Shown in pieces: positions 26,581-41,100 of a stretch of 64,000 bases of DNA. Numbering within the stretch: position 1 is the first letter of the stretch; every line of letters starts with the position of its first letter. Source of the stretch: the human T2T-CHM13v2.0 reference genome, Homo sapiens; NCBI RefSeq assembly GCF_009914755.1, contig NC_060928.1, one strand, 5' to 3'. The notes beneath the pieces were generated by a model. That model was not told where the DNA came from. It saw nothing but the letters and a program-made list of their open reading frames with translations, and searched no databases. The translations under genes and the position numbers were made by a program.

Positions 26581-29499
26581 AGTGGTCAACCTGTCAGATA
26601 GGTGGGGGACGCAGGGGCAGAGGCACCAAGCCCCTCCCCTCTGCATTCTGCCAGCCACTCCTTGTTTGGGAGTGAGAGCCACCAACAGCAAGGACCACCC
26701 CAGTGCGGCAGCCCAGGGCGGGCTTTCACTCGGCTAGGGCTGCGCCCCATGCCTTCTGCTCATGCCAAGTTCACCCCGAATGATCTCATTGACAGACTGA
26801 ACACACAGACAATGGCCGGGCCCAGAGAAAGGCAGAGCTCAGACAACACCTGCAGCTGCCGGCCCAGGAGTCAAGTCCGGCCACGGTACCCAGCCGGGAA
26901 GCCAGCTGCATGGCAGACTCGCGGGGAGGCGACTACTCTCCCTCGACAACCAGGAGGTTAAACAATAACTCGGTCCCACATGGCCAGGACTTGACTCACA
27001 ACTGATAGCCGTCCTAATTCGTGCCCCCGCTTTCCAGTTAGGATCATTTGGAGAAAGCCAAATACATCCCTAACCAATCACACGGGACGCCCCCCTTCTG
27101 GGAGCCGCCTCCAGTCCCCCGAGGCCGACAGCCTCCATGGGGGCTCACCAGGAGCCATCCTTTCCCCTCAGAGGCTTCCCAACCACTTGCCTGCCCGTGT
27201 GGGCAACTCCCTTGCCACAGCGGCTCTGAGAAAGTTGCCTCCACTTGTCCTCACGTCTTCCTTTATTTCCACAGCAGTCTAACGCCAGCTCCCCCTGTCT
27301 TGGTCTGGGTTCCCATGAAGCCGGCCTTGAGACCAGGCTGTGGGTGCGATGGTCTATTTCGGGGACCCCAGGCACCAGGCCAGAGCGAGGAGTGGGAAAG
27401 ATGAAAGCTGGTGGCAGGTGTGTTGTTGAGCTGCTCCCCATGTGGGAGAGGGAACTCACTGGGGCCGTCCAGGAAACCCCGCGTAGCATGTCCCAGCTCA
27501 TCCCGTGGAAGGAAGGGAGGCCGCGGCACTGGCCCCCCACCGCCTGTCCCCTGAGTGCAAGAGCTGCTCCAAGGCGGAACTCCCAGCCCCCTCTTCTGGT
27601 CTGCCTGGCGTATAGGCTGAGTGAGTTTCTGAGGCACAGAGCCAGGGGTGCTGCAGATGCCAGGGCTGGGCAGCCTGCAGGTGATGGGGCATGGCCCACC
27701 TGGTTGCAGTCGAAACCACAGGTGGGCCGAGGGATGTGGCACAGGCCCAGAAAACACCTGCCCCCCTTCATTTGAGGGCTAAGCGTATTCACGCACAGAC
27801 GTACTCACTCACATATATTTACCCAATTGCTAAATGCCAGCGCTGATTGAGCTCTGAGCCTGGAAGGTCTCCTCATCTCCCTGGTAAAAATCGAGTGACT
27901 GCATCTCAGACAGAGGAGGCCATTTCCCCATCCAGTTCCAACCTGCCCCTAAGCGTTCCCAGAACCCCACATCCCGGAAGCCACCGATCTGGCCACCCAT
28001 CCTCGCCTAGGGTCCCTGCCCACGGATGGAACTGTGACAGGACAGCGCAAAGGAGGAACCTGGGTCATGCTGGGGCCGCAGGTCCTTCCAGGCCAGGGGT
28101 TCCAAACAGACCAAGGGCGGTGGGTGTCAGCTGTCTGGGGATGAGGGAGAGGGGTTGGCCTGGGAAGCAGGCATGGGAAAGGAGATGAATGGCATGAAAA
28201 ATAACTCAGCATCACCCTGGGCCTGCCTCCGGTTTTGCAAACTGGACGGGGCACAGCCCAGTGAGGGTCCCTGTGGGCTCAGTCTGCAGCCGCTGGAGGC
28301 CACCGTGGCCTTTCTCACTCTGGTTGAATCCACAGCAGGCTTGTCCCACGCGCCTTTTGCCTGCGGAGTCATTGTAGAAACCACCTCATCCGTTATTTAA
28401 TAAAGATGGTGGGGAGGGTACAGCAGGTGAAGGCTTTCTGGGCTGGAATCGAAGCCTCCCAGTGCAGAACGAGGATTAGAATTGTGGACTGAACTTCAAA
28501 TGGTGCCTCTCTCGGCCACGCATGGCCCAGGCCATGGGGGCCCCTGTAGGCTGCCACACGGGTGATGCACCCAGTCCACATCTGAGGCTCAGTCAGAGCT
28601 CACAGGGGTGGGGGCCGTGCATCTTCAAGACGCTTATGTTCTCATCTATTGGCAACAAAGAGAAAAATGCACAAGCGTCTCTTCATGATCCGACAAGGGA
28701 GAGGTTCACGCTGCTGGAATCTGGCCCAAATCCAGCCTGAGGGAAGTGTCAGCTTCAGATTCCCGGGGGACAGCGCGGGTGGTGGGGTCAGCTGGCCTGG
28801 GATGCAGGCTTAGCTGGCCTTCTGCATGCTGTGACCTCAGGTGAGGCCCTGAAACTCCTGGTCTTCTGTCTGTGTGTCTGTCTGTCTCTCCATCCAGGCA
28901 TCCATCTTCTTCTTGTGTTACCTGGCCCCAAGGATGCCAGGACCATGAGCAATAATGTTCCCATAGCAACCAACCCAGCAAACAACAAGTGCTCAATACA
29001 CAATTGTCATGGTTATTTTCAAGAACACTGGCCTGACATCACTGTTTCCAGGTGACTGGAAATATACTTGGTCGGGGGTGGCGGGGGTCGGGTGTGGGGG
29101 TGAGGGTTGAGGGAAGCTGCTAAGAGCATGGATTTGCTTGGAGGCCCCAATCTCGCCTGCTGGGGCCGCCTCCGAGGCGTCCGGGGGCTGCAGGGTCATG
29201 GCGGAGGCGCTGCCCTCTCGCGATGGGAGATAGACATTGCGCCGTGGGGACGCCGCTGCCTCCATGCAGGTGCCGCTCCTACAGGCTTCCCTCCAGCTGG
29301 CCCTTCCTGCCAGGCCCTGGGAACACAGGTAGGTAAGTGGGTATGCGCTTGCCTCCCAAGAGGGTTCATTCCTCACCTGGCTGCAGCTGCCAAATTGTGA
29401 GGACGGCTAGGGGGGCAACAGCCAAACCATGCAAAAGCAGGGGCCAAGTGGCATTCTCTGTTCCCCTAAACCTGGCCCAAAGTCAGCCACGTGTTTTAC

Positions 29500-30060
29500 A
29501 TTAAAAAGAGAAGTTTCAAGTGGTCCTTCAGCAGGTGAATGGATAAACGAGCTGGGGTGTATCCAGACGATGAAATATTATTCACCAACAAAAAGAAGCA
29601 TGCCATCACACCATGAGAAGGCATGGAGGGACCCTCAATGAATACTGCTAGCTGGAAGAAGCCTGGAAAGGCTATGCCCTGCAGGATTCCAATTATGTGA
29701 CATGCTGGAAAAGGCAAAATGAAGGAGACAGTAAGAGGATTGATGGTTGCCAGGGCTGGGATCAACGGAGCACAGGGCGTTTTTAGCAGTGACGCTGCTC
29801 TGGGCAATACTGTAATGGTGGATCCACGACACTGTACATTTGTCCAAACCCATAGAACCTATAACACTAAGAGTGGCCCCCACTGTAAAGTATGAACTTC
29901 GCTTAAGAATACATCAACGTTGGTACAGTTACAACAAATGCACCTCACCAGTGCAAGGTGTTAATCATAGGGAAGACGGGATGGGAGCACATCGGAACTC
30001 TCTGTGTCTTATCTAGAAACCAAGAGATGCTCTGAGAAATAAAATCTATCAAAAAATTTA
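29500..30060 (+). mobile_element. L1MC-type 3' fragment
   Basis: GGTGAATGGATAAAC...ACATTTGTCCAAACCCATAGAA...GGAACTCTCTGT are L1MC 3' UTR motifs. Confidence 0.75.
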
Positions 30061-30069
30061 AAAATTCTA

Positions 30070-30372
30070 GGCCAGGCGCTATGGCTCACGCCTGTAATCC
30101 CAGCACTTTGGGAAGCTGAGGTGGGTGGGTTACTGAGGTCAGGAGTTTGAGATCAGCATGGCCAACATGGCAAAACCCTGTTTCTACTAAAAATACAAAA
30201 ATTAGCCGGGTGTGGTGGTACACACCTGTAATCCCAGCTACTCGAGAGGCTGAGGCAGGAGAATCACTTGAAACCCGGGAGGCAGAGGTCGCAGTGAGCC
30301 AAGATTGTGCCACAGCACTCCAGCCTGGGTGACAGAATAAGACCCTGTCTCAAAAAAAAAAAAAAAAAAAAA
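30070..30372 (+). mobile_element. Alu (AluS-like)
   Basis: Full dimeric Alu with poly-A. Confidence 0.95.
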
Positions 30373-31238
30373 TTTAAAAAGGAACTAACCACAATTGCGG
30401 CAGGTTCATTTCACTGCAGTTTCAAGATTGGCTCCAATAATTTGGCTTAACAAGTCTCTAACTGTGATAATAACATAGAACATAAACTCAAGTGCTAAGA
30501 ATCTATCACACAGGGGCTGAGAGTATTTAATCCCTCATGATAATGAAACCCCAGCCTTGGGAAGCCCCACCGGGAATAACAAAAATGACTGCTGGTGTCG
30601 TTAACACACAACCTTCACAACAAAGGGACGTGGCTCTCTCAGGAAATCCCCCTGCCTCCCCCTCCAGGCTGAACTCCTGGTCTGCCACCAGCCAGCCAGA
30701 ATGGGAGCCAGCAGGGTCCGGTTTGGACCCACCATCCAGGGGCAGCGGTGTGACCTTGGTGAATGGATTTAACTCTGCAAAGCCTCAGTTTTCACATCTG
30801 TAAATCAGGGCTTGATCTTAGGAGGATGTTTTAAATGTCCATTGAAGTAGAGAAAGCTCCACGTGCAAGGTCTGACAGGTGGCCGTGAACAGTAGCTGTT
30901 AGCTGAATCCTCTCCAAGGCTCAGAGACCAGACTTGCAGGCCGCAGGATGGAGGGGTCAGATCAGGGGTGGCTATCAGAAAGAGGAAAAACGATGACTCT
31001 GAGGTCTACTCGAGGTTTCCCAGTCCAGAGCGGGAGTCCACAAGCATTTTCAGGAAAAGGCAAGACAGTAAATACAGTGTAGGCCCCAGGGACACCACAG
31101 TGAACACAACAGCCACGGTCCCAGCCCTCGACATTCTCTTGTTTGTTCCATACCATGCCCCACAGGAATGGTCAGTCATCCTCATCTCACGGATGAGGAT
31201 GCCAAGGCTAGGAGATGGTCACATGGCTAAGAGACTGA

Positions 31239-31820
<582 letters not shown>

Positions 31821-34099
31821 GGGGATTTGCTTGACTGTTTATTTCCGATCTGTGCCCACGGATCTATATTTAGTTCCACCCTTCTCTAAGGGCCCAGTGA
31901 ACTTTGGACCTCTGAGCATGTATTCCTGGTTTGGCCAAAGACCAGCAGCTGTGCTCGCCTTGTTCTCTTGCTTTCCTCATTTGCTCTGGAGGTAAATCCA
32001 CCTTGAGAATGGGCAGGGGACCCCCTTGTGTACTCACACAGGGGAAAACTTGGGGTCCACCCATGGCAGGGGTTCTCATCGGAGGCCCGCTCCATCCGCC
32101 AAGATGATTTCAGAAAGCTCCCCGTCTGCTGTTTGTATCATCCAAACGGCTGGCTTGGGGTTTCCAAATGTCCTAAGGATGTTCTAATAATATTCAGTTT
32201 TCTAAGCCTACACACGCACACATGAACTCCAGAGGTCCCGGCTCACCCAGAGCGGGTCACAGGACACACAGTTCCAGCTTCCCTTTCACACCTTTCCTTC
32301 TGACCATGGCAACGAGCAGAGCAATACAGAGAGGGGCACAGGGCTGTGTGCAGGCACAGCAGGGAGATGAACCTGTGTACAATCAGGGAGGGCTTCTGGG
32401 AGGAGGTGACATAAACTAGAAGCTCAGAGGATGGACAGGCACCTTCTGGGACAGGAGCAAGCACACATCACAGTGCTCAGCTCACCTTCATTGCGGCACA
32501 GCCCTGACACATGGGTGGCTGCTGTCCACTGGCCTGCCTGCCTCCCCTGGCCTGGAAGCCCTCATGGGCGGGGGCTGTGCCCGAGGGATTTGTCTCCCTA
32601 GGGCCAGGTGCTGAGGAGACCAGAGCTGATGCTGGCCCTGTGCTGATGTGTGCTCAGCCAGTCCTTGCCGGGAGACAGGCATGGCTCTCACACACCATGG
32701 GGCCACACACACCCTGTGCCAGCTCTGCCCTGGGGCACAGGGCTTTCTTTGGGCTAATTTTATGAATATGGAATTAAAGCGTACAGGCACGCACACTTTG
32801 CATCCTCATGGATCCTGCCACACTGTCTTTTCGGGGACTTACAAACCCCCGCCCGTGCCTTACAGTGTGTCCCCTCCCTCAGGTTCTCACTTTATAGGTC
32901 ATGCCTCGGTTTAAGAGCAGGTCCAGGCCTCCCTACTGCCCCGCCCAAGTGTTACTTGTTAGAAAATCATGCCGGATCACAGGCGGGCACTTCCTTCCTA
33001 ACCTACTTAAGGGCTGGCTGCTGATTATAACCATGAACCGAGGACGCTGCTCTCTGGAGCCGGCCCCATTCTCACCACGGCCATCACTGCCTGGGCTTGG
33101 CAAGGGAGCTCTGCAGGTCCAGACAGGGCGGCCCTCTGTTCAATCCCCCATTAAGCAAAGATGCACTGGGCACTCTCTCCTTGCCAAGAGCTAGGCCAGC
33201 ACCGGGCCGATGTTGGGCAGCCACCGCCCCGTCCCCAAACAGTCACCAGACAGTTCTGGGCACAAGAGCACACAGGAAGCTCATGGTGCCAGTGCTGTGG
33301 GACCCCAGGCCCAGGGACACTCCTCCCGGGGCCCACCCAGCTTTATTTCAGTGGTGACATGAGACACCTGCGGGGCGCCCTGGAACGCCCACCAGGAGAC
33401 GACCTGGCCCTCTTCCAGTTCCCCAGGAGTGCAGTCTGGCTTCTCCCATCTGAGTCCTTGACCTGCCCATGGCCAGACCACGGGTCCCTGAGGACCGCAA
33501 ACAGCTTGGCTCTGCTTTGGGGTCCTGAGGATGGACGCAGGGCTTGTGTGCAGATGTGTGCAGATGAAACTGATTATGGGAAAATACCTCAGGCTCCTGA
33601 CCTCCACATGCCCCTCTCAGCATCACTGTCACCCCAAACTACGACCTCCTGGGATGTCATCCACCCTGGCCCTCAGTGCCCTGCTCAGGGCTGGCCCGGA
33701 CATCAGCAGCCAAACTCCTCTTTCTGTCCAGCGAACCAGCTCATGAGGGGAATCACTTGAGCCCATGAGCCACTCCTCCTTTCGCGCCTGCCTGCTGCAC
33801 AGAACACATCCTTTGACATCCATCTCCTCTGTAGGGCCAGTGGGCTCCATGCCTGCTGGGCTCACCTGGAGGCCCAGCCCCCTGCCAGTGCCTGAACCCT
33901 AAGATGTGCTTGGGGAACAGGATGAACCTATGCATCTCACTCTGACCCGCAACCACCTTCCCCTCAGCATGTGACAGTAGCATCCAGCCATCTCAGCACC
34001 TCCCATGGTGTCCTTCTGGAAGCCTCTGAGCTTATCCCTCTGAGCTCCCCACGGGCTGTCTGAGCAAAGCCCTGTGGCATGCTGCATCTTCAAAGGTGA

Positions 34100-34660
34100 C
34101 GATCACAACAACCGTTCTTACATGCTCTCCTACAACACTATGTCGACCCTTCTCCTATTACCTGATGGGGTCTAAAGCCCCTCACCTTGAACCTGGGTGG
34201 ACCTCTGCAACTGCTTTGACCAAAAGGATATGACAGAAAAGACACCAGGCAGCTTCCAAGCTGGGTCATCAAGTACCCCCAGCTTCTGCCTTGCTTTCTT
34301 AGGATGCTCATTCTGGGAACCCGGCGGCCATGCTGGGACGAAGCTCAAACCACTCCACGCTGTGACCACGCATGGAGCCCACATGCCGCTATTCTGGCAG
34401 AAGGACCACAGAAGTCCCCACGGATGGCCAGCAAGAAGTTTCAGCAAAGACGCCTGTGGAGGATTCTGGCTCCCAGCTCTTGAGTCACTCTCAGCCTTTG
34501 GGTCGGCCCAGTGAAACCACAGACATTGTGGAGAGGAGACAAGGCATACCCACTGTGCCCTTTCTGAATGGCAGCCCCTCCCAACCCGTGAATGTAACAG
34601 GATGTTTGTCTTATGCCACTGAGGCTTGGGGTGGTTTGTTAGGCAGCCATTGAAAACCAG
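34100..34660 (+). mobile_element. MaLR LTR (older MLT1)
   Basis: CCTTGAACCTGGGTGGACCTCTG..CTGCTTTGACC...GGGGTGGTTTGTTAGGCAGC. Confidence 0.65.
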
Positions 34661-35794
34661 AATGCCACCACAGTGATGGCCCCAGACATCAAAAGACCTC
34701 TTTGCAAAGCTTTTGCTCACATCGTTTCTATGCAGCTCTCTCTGTGCATGCCCCCCAAGGGCAGGAACCCCATCCCACCCTGCTGAGAAGCTCCCCCTCC
34801 AAACCCAAGGCTGGCCACCTCCTCCTCACTCTCCGATCCCACTTCTGCTATCGCACACATGGGCTTACACAAGATGCCCAGGAACGGGTTCTCTAAATCC
34901 GTGGGTTTCCACTTGGGGACCCTGGGGATTTTGCAAGGGGTCTGTAAATGCATTTGCACACCATGATTGTCTGCAGACAAATGGCTCCATCTATGTTGCA
35001 CATCCGGGGACTATGGTTTCCAGTTGTAGGTAGATGCTCAAGGGATTTTTAAAAAATGAAGGCTGCTAGAAAGTGTTACAAAATCCTCAGTTGCCTTTGT
35101 TACTGAATAGTTCTTAAGCAATATAAGGATTGGATATAGCACGAGGATGTGAGTTCATTGAGAAAGGGGTCTTCACTCTCTGGAAGGTTAGGTGGCTCAT
35201 AACACAGATCACAGCAGCTTCCCTGCTCTGGAGAAACAGCTCCAAAAACATACTAGGTTCCAAACTGTTCCTGATCTAATTTCTGGAACTTGCCCACCAA
35301 GCAAAAAGTTAGGTTTGATGAGGATAGCAGTTTATAGTTTACAAATAAGCCTTATGCATTTTATCTCTGCTCATACAAAAACTCCCTGGTATAGACAGTA
35401 GGAGAGGGGACTCAGTGGCGACGCCTGGTCTCCTCACCATCTCTGCACAGCCTGGCTCCAGACCTCTCTAGAGACAGTAAAGTCACTTTCTCCACAGCCA
35501 AAGTCCCAAGAGGAGGCACTTGCCGTTTTGATCCAAGAAGGGAAATGCCCTTCAAATCCTGGCGTGACCTTGCCTGGAATCTTCACAGCCACTCTTGGAG
35601 GTAGATATTCTTTTGCCCATTTGGCAGAGTTGGAAGCTTATTGAGGTTTAGTGACCAGCCCAAAGCCACACCGTGAGGAGTGGCAGAGCAAGGATTCAAG
35701 CCCAAGTCTGCCTTTCTTCAGCTACCCATTTCCAAAGAAAGCTGCGACTAACCGATTTGCAGCCCACTGCCCCTGCCCACTGCAAGTCACACCT

Positions 35795-36012
35795 ACAGAC
35801 TCCACCCACCACAGACTCCACCCACAGCAGATTCTCCTGCTTCAGGCTCCACTCACCAGACTCCACCCACTGCAGACTCCACCTACCACAGGCTCCACGC
35901 ACTAAGACTCCACCCACTGCAGACTCCACCCGCTGCAGACTCCACCCACCACAGGCTCTACTAAGACTCCACCCACCAGAGGCTCCACCCCCAGCAGACT
36001 CCACCCACTGCA
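35795..36012. repeat. Degenerate 16 bp minisatellite (GACTCCACCCACYRCA), about 14 copies
   Basis: Repeated CAGACTCCACCCAC / CAGGCTCCAC units. Confidence 0.9.
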
Positions 36013-37749
36013 GTGCCACCACTGCAGCCTTCCTTCCTCTCAGCCTTGCCTGGGATCCACCCACTTTTCCTCTGGCCCCAAAGACTGCTTCTTCTCCCAT
36101 ACCCTGTGATCATCATTCTCCTAGGCTCGACCGAGAAGACCTAACCGTACTGGGATGACTTTATTATCTCCTGGGCATGTTTCCAGAAGCCAGCTCCGCT
36201 TACTCTAAATTCAAGCAGGGTGTCCTGGCCAATTCCCATGTGGGCCTCTCTCCTATCCCCCCACGCAGCGTCCTGTTGGCCCAGCTGCTCACTGTGGGAA
36301 GAGATGATGGGTTGTCCCCACCCCAGTGATCAACTGTAAAGCTCAGGACAGTTCAAGGGAATCAAGCCCCACATTCTCTGGGCTTCATGCAGGACATCAC
36401 AGCCAAACACAGCCCCAGGAAGAGGAGCCCTGGTGATTTTCAGAGGCCTGTGTTATGATCCAGGCCAGCCCTGCTAGCTCCAGGCCACATTCTCCCAGGA
36501 AAGTCACCACCTCTGGAGCCTCTCCCTGCCATCTGCGCAGGAAGGCTGCGGCTGTACTGAGCTTTTGGTGGTGTGGTGAGACTCAGAGGCCGAGGCTGGA
36601 CCCTGAGCCCAGCACACAGCATGAGCTCAACACACGCCAGGGCTTAGGGATCCTTGCACACTGACTGCCATCTGGGGAGACGCCAGAGGACAGTTCCAGA
36701 AGAGCACTCCACACTCATGTCTAGAGGCCCTTGAGAGCTCAGGCAGGAGCTGGCCCCATGAGACTCGTCCTCCAATCCCACAGGGTTGTAGGGAGGCCTC
36801 TGTCTTGCTGGAAAACTTGGGGTAGGTCCCTTTTCCCTCCAGCCCAGTTTCTAATCTGAGTCGGCCTCACTGCGAGGGGGCCGTCAGCATGATGGAGTCT
36901 CCAAGACAAGCTCTCCAAGTTGGCAAGGTGGCAAGATCTGGGAGGGTGGCCTCCAGCACAAGCTGCACCCCTCTGCTTAGGTCCCTCCCCCATTCAAGAA
37001 CCTTCCATGGCTCCCCACAGAACACAGCCCAGCCCCTAAACCAGCACTCTAAGCCTGGTACCCACCTGGTTGCCTGACTTCCTCACTGCCCTCTGATCCC
37101 ACACTCTTTCCCAAAGTTGTCCTCGATAGTCCTGGCACCAGCCTGGGCTCCCACCATTCCTGCTCCGGGGAGCACTGTGTGCCCATCTCACCTGGGAAGA
37201 CCCTACTTGTCCTTCCAGGCCCACGTCAAATGCCCCCTCTGTACCGACAGCGTATTCACAGACAATGATTCACTCTTGTGCTGAGCTCTGCACTGGAGGC
37301 TTCAGGACCTAAGCGCCCTTCTTTGCACCCTAACTTTAAGAAAATTGTCCTTATTTTACAGACGCAAAAGCTCACCAGGTGAGGGGATCTGTCTGTTGTC
37401 CACCTGGGCCCACTGATGGGGTGACCTTGAGCAAGTCAGGGCACCTCTCTGAAACAGGACAAGCCTCTGGCTTTGTCTACAGTCCCATGGTGCCAGGGAT
37501 CCTCTAGAGACCTGTGCTGGGCCTGGGGAACAAGTGGCCCAGCAAGCCTCAGGCTGTCCCAGGACACTTTTGTCCTGGCACGATCACTGGTCTCAAACGT
37601 GTCTCAGGGTGGGGTGTGGGGCTGAAGAGAGCCCCAATCTCACTTCTGAGGTGAGGTGAGTTGGGGATGCTGGGTATGGAAGGATCTAGAAGCCCAAAGG
37701 AGGCTGGAGAGGGCGTGTAGTCTTGTGGCACAGGTCTCGGGCTTCCTTC

Positions 37750-38052
37750 TTTTTTTTTTTTTTTTTTTTTTGAGACAGAGTCTCGCTCTGTTGCCCAGGC
37801 TGGAGTGCAGTGGCATGATCTTGGCTCAGTGCAACCTCCGCTTCATGGGTTCAAGTGATTTGCCTCCCTTAGCCTCCTGAGTAGCTGGGATTATAGGTGC
37901 GTGCCACCACACCGGGATAATTTTTGTATTTCTAGTAGAGATGGGGTTTCACCATGTTGGTCAGGCTGGTCTTGAACGCCTGACCTCATGATCCGCCCAC
38001 CTGGGTCTCCCAAAGTGCTGGGATTATAGGCGTGAGCCACCGTGCCCAGACT
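37750..38052 (-). mobile_element. Alu (AluS-like) with TSD
   Basis: TSD GGGCTTCCTTCTT at 37739-37751 and 38053-38065. Confidence 0.95.
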
Positions 38053-38659
38053 GGGCTTCCTTCTTACTAAACAATCTTAAAATCACCAAAGAAAATGATT
38101 CCATTTTCTTGATACTTTGCACAGTGCTGCAAATAACAGTGACACTGTCTTTTAAAAAACAAACAAACAATCAAACAAACAATTTCCTCTTGGGCCCTGG
38201 CTCGAGGGCTTGGTTGCTTGGACCCTTTGTGAAGTTGGGGCTTTTGCGAGGCTGAAACTCCACTAGCCCTGAGTGAGCCTAAGGGGTCAGGGGAGGGGTT
38301 CCCAGCCCAGTGGGAAGAGCAGACCCTTCGCCTCCGCTCAGATCTGGGGTGCGTGCTCAAGTCCTGCGGGTGGAGGTGTCCTACAGCTCCTTCCGGCATG
38401 AAATCCCTGTGATTTCCCTATTTTGAGGCAGGGGTCCATGAGGACAAAGTCACTCTTGGCCACAAATAGGCTCTGTTCACAGAGCGACAGGCACAGACGT
38501 CGGGCGGCAGGGTCCCTGGCGGCCCCCAGAGCCTGAGAGGAGCCTCTCCTCTGGGAGGCAGGAAGAGAAAAACAGCCCAGCGGCCACGCTGCCCCTTCCT
38601 CCCAGAAGAGGACGTGGCAGGAAGCAAGAGCGGTGCCAGCGGGGAGCTCGAGCCATCTC

Positions 38660-39105
38660 TGTGGGCTGAACCGGGACCCCCAGATGCCCACGTTGAAGTC
38701 CTAACCCCCGGACCTCGGCAAGTGACTGTGTTCGGAGACGGGGCCTTCAAAGGTGTCGTTATGGTAAAGCAAGGTGATCTGGAGGGTGGGTCCTCATCCA
38801 GTCTGACTGGTGTCAGAAAAAGGGGAAATGTGGACACAGAGACAACCCCAGACAATCCCCCGTCTGTGTGTTTTGTCGTGGCAGCATGGGAAACCAGAGG
38901 GAACCCAACATGAAGACGCGGGAGAAGATGGCGACTTAGATGCCAGGAGAGGGGCCCTGGGACGGGTCCTTCCTTGCAGCCTCAGAAGGAGCCAGCCCTG
39001 CCCGCACCTTGATCTGGGACTTCTGGCCTCCAGAACTGTGGGAGGATGCACATCTGCCAGTCCAGCCCCCATCTGTGTGCTCTGTCGTGGGAGCATGGGA
39101 AACCA
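38660..39105 (+). mobile_element. MaLR LTR (MLT1B/C-like)
   Basis: TGTGGGCTGAA...GTTGAAGTCCTAACCCCC...GGACTTCTGGCCTCCAGAACTGTG. Confidence 0.75.
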
Positions 39106-39106
39106 G

Positions 39107-39472
39107 CAGGAGCACTTCTCAGCTTACAGTGCAGGTCCGTCCTGATGAACCCGGGGCAAGCTCGTGACATCACTAAGTTGAGACTTCACTGACTTCACCT
39201 AACCTAGCGACCATCACAGCTCAGCCCAGCCTACCGGAAACATGCTCAGAACACCTACGCCAGCCTACAGCTGGGCACACACATCTAACGCAAAGCCTGT
39301 TTTATAATACAATGTTGACCGTCTCACGTAAGAGTACTGTACCGCAGATTGCTAGCTCAGAGAAAGATCGAAATTCAAAATTCAAAGTATGGTTTCTACT
39401 GAATGCATATTGTTTTTGCAACATTATAAAATCAAAAAACGATAGTCCAATCATGGTAAGTGGGGGCCTGTC
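39107..39472 (+). mobile_element. MER82-like TcMar-Tigger DNA transposon
   Basis: CACCTAACCTA..CATCACAGCTCAGCCCAGCCTAC..ATGCTCAGAACAC...AAATTCAAAATTCAAAGTATGGTTTCTACTGAATGC. Confidence 0.7.
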
Positions 39473-40769
39473 CACACGCCATCCCTGCAGGTGGGAAGAG
39501 CCAGAGCTGGCCTCAGAGCCCAGCTGGGGACTGGCTGGCTCCCTGGTCACTTCCCCGAGCCTGTTTTCCATCTGCAAAGTGGGACACTGATCCTACCCAA
39601 GGCTGGGCTTTTGGAGAACGGTGATGTGACGGTGACCACACGGGGCTGGCAGGAGTTTGTGTGAGTGTCAGGTGGGGGCTTCCTTCCAGGGGCAGAGCTG
39701 GGAGAGACGGTACTGGGCAGCCACCCCCGCTCAGGCTGGCTGTGGGCTCCGGGCAGACGCCAGCCCAGCTCCTGCTGCTTCCAGGACTCTCCAGGCCTCC
39801 AGTCGCTGGCCCAGGCGCCCCCGGCACCCACATTCCTGGAGGGTGTTATTCCATCACCAGAAGAGTGCAGCCGTTCCAGAGCGAGGAGCATCTGAGGAGC
39901 TCATGGGAGGTGTCCCGGAGGGTCAGGGCTCAGAGCATGTACACTGACTCCCCTGCCACCCCCCACACAGAGGCAGACAGGGCGGCCCAGCCCAGGTCAC
40001 GCAGCAAGTCTGTGGCCAGGCCAACACCAAGGCTCGGGTCTGCAGGCTCCCAGCCCAGGGCTTGTCCCCCAGGGTCTCATTGCCTTGAGCCAGAGTGGCC
40101 ACGCTGGTCCAACAGGTGACCTCCTCTAGGCCTTCAGCGTACAGCAGATGCCCAGTGAATATTTCTCAAATCTAATAGGAAACAGGAAATGCGCTGAGTG
40201 ACTGCAGGGCACTGTCCAGTGGATGGGGGGGTGATGATGAATAACCCATGTCACATCATCTTTCAGTTCCTGTGTCCAGGCAAACACCAGGGACTGCACT
40301 CAGCACCTCCACCCACAACCCAGGTCACAGAGCTGCAAATGGCAAAACCACACAGTTGGGCACCGGACCCAGACCTGCCCAGACCTCAAGCCAGCTCTCA
40401 ACTCCCTCTCTGGGAGGAGCTGAGGGGCTGAGCTAGTCCCACCAGGGACCCCACTCTCTCTCCAGGCAGCTGCTGTGGTACATGTCCCCAGTGCAGGGAC
40501 CTGGCAGGCTAGGGGACCTGACAATATGCCCCCAAGCATATACTGGCCACACCTCAGCTGCAACCCACTCCTCCCCAGGCCTTTGAAGATGGGGCCACAG
40601 CCTTGACCTGGAGACACCACACCAGCCTGGATGGGGAGTCTCGCTGCCCCCTGTGCATCTCCATCATATCCGAATGGCCTGGTAAGGATGGCCACAGAGA
40701 GCTGGAGAGGTCCCCCACTTTGTCCTCGGCTCCCATCCTCCATTTCCCAGGGGACACCCTCTGTCCTGG

Positions 40770-41100
40770 TCCATGTGGGCTGCCAGAACAATACCAGATG
40801 TGGTGGCTTAAAAGACTGACACTTATCTCCCACAGTTCTGGAGCCTAAGAGTCTGATATTAGGGCAGCAGCATGCTCGGTCCCTGGTGAGGGCTCCCTTC
40901 CTGGCTTGCAGACAGCCGCCTTCTTACTGTGTCCTCACAAGGCAGAGAGCGCGCTCTGGGCAGGAGTCCCATCATGAGGACCCCACCCTCACGACCTCAT
41001 CTAAACCCCATCACCTCCCCAAGGCCCCTCCTCCAAATAGCGTCACCCTGGGGGTTTGGGCTTCCAAGTGTGAATGCTAGGGGAACATGAACATTCACTT
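40770..41100 (-). mobile_element. MaLR LTR (MLT1A/MST-like)
   Basis: CACAGTTCTGGAG...CCCACCCTCACGACCTCATCTAAACC...AAGGCCCCTCCTCCAAATA. Confidence 0.75.
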
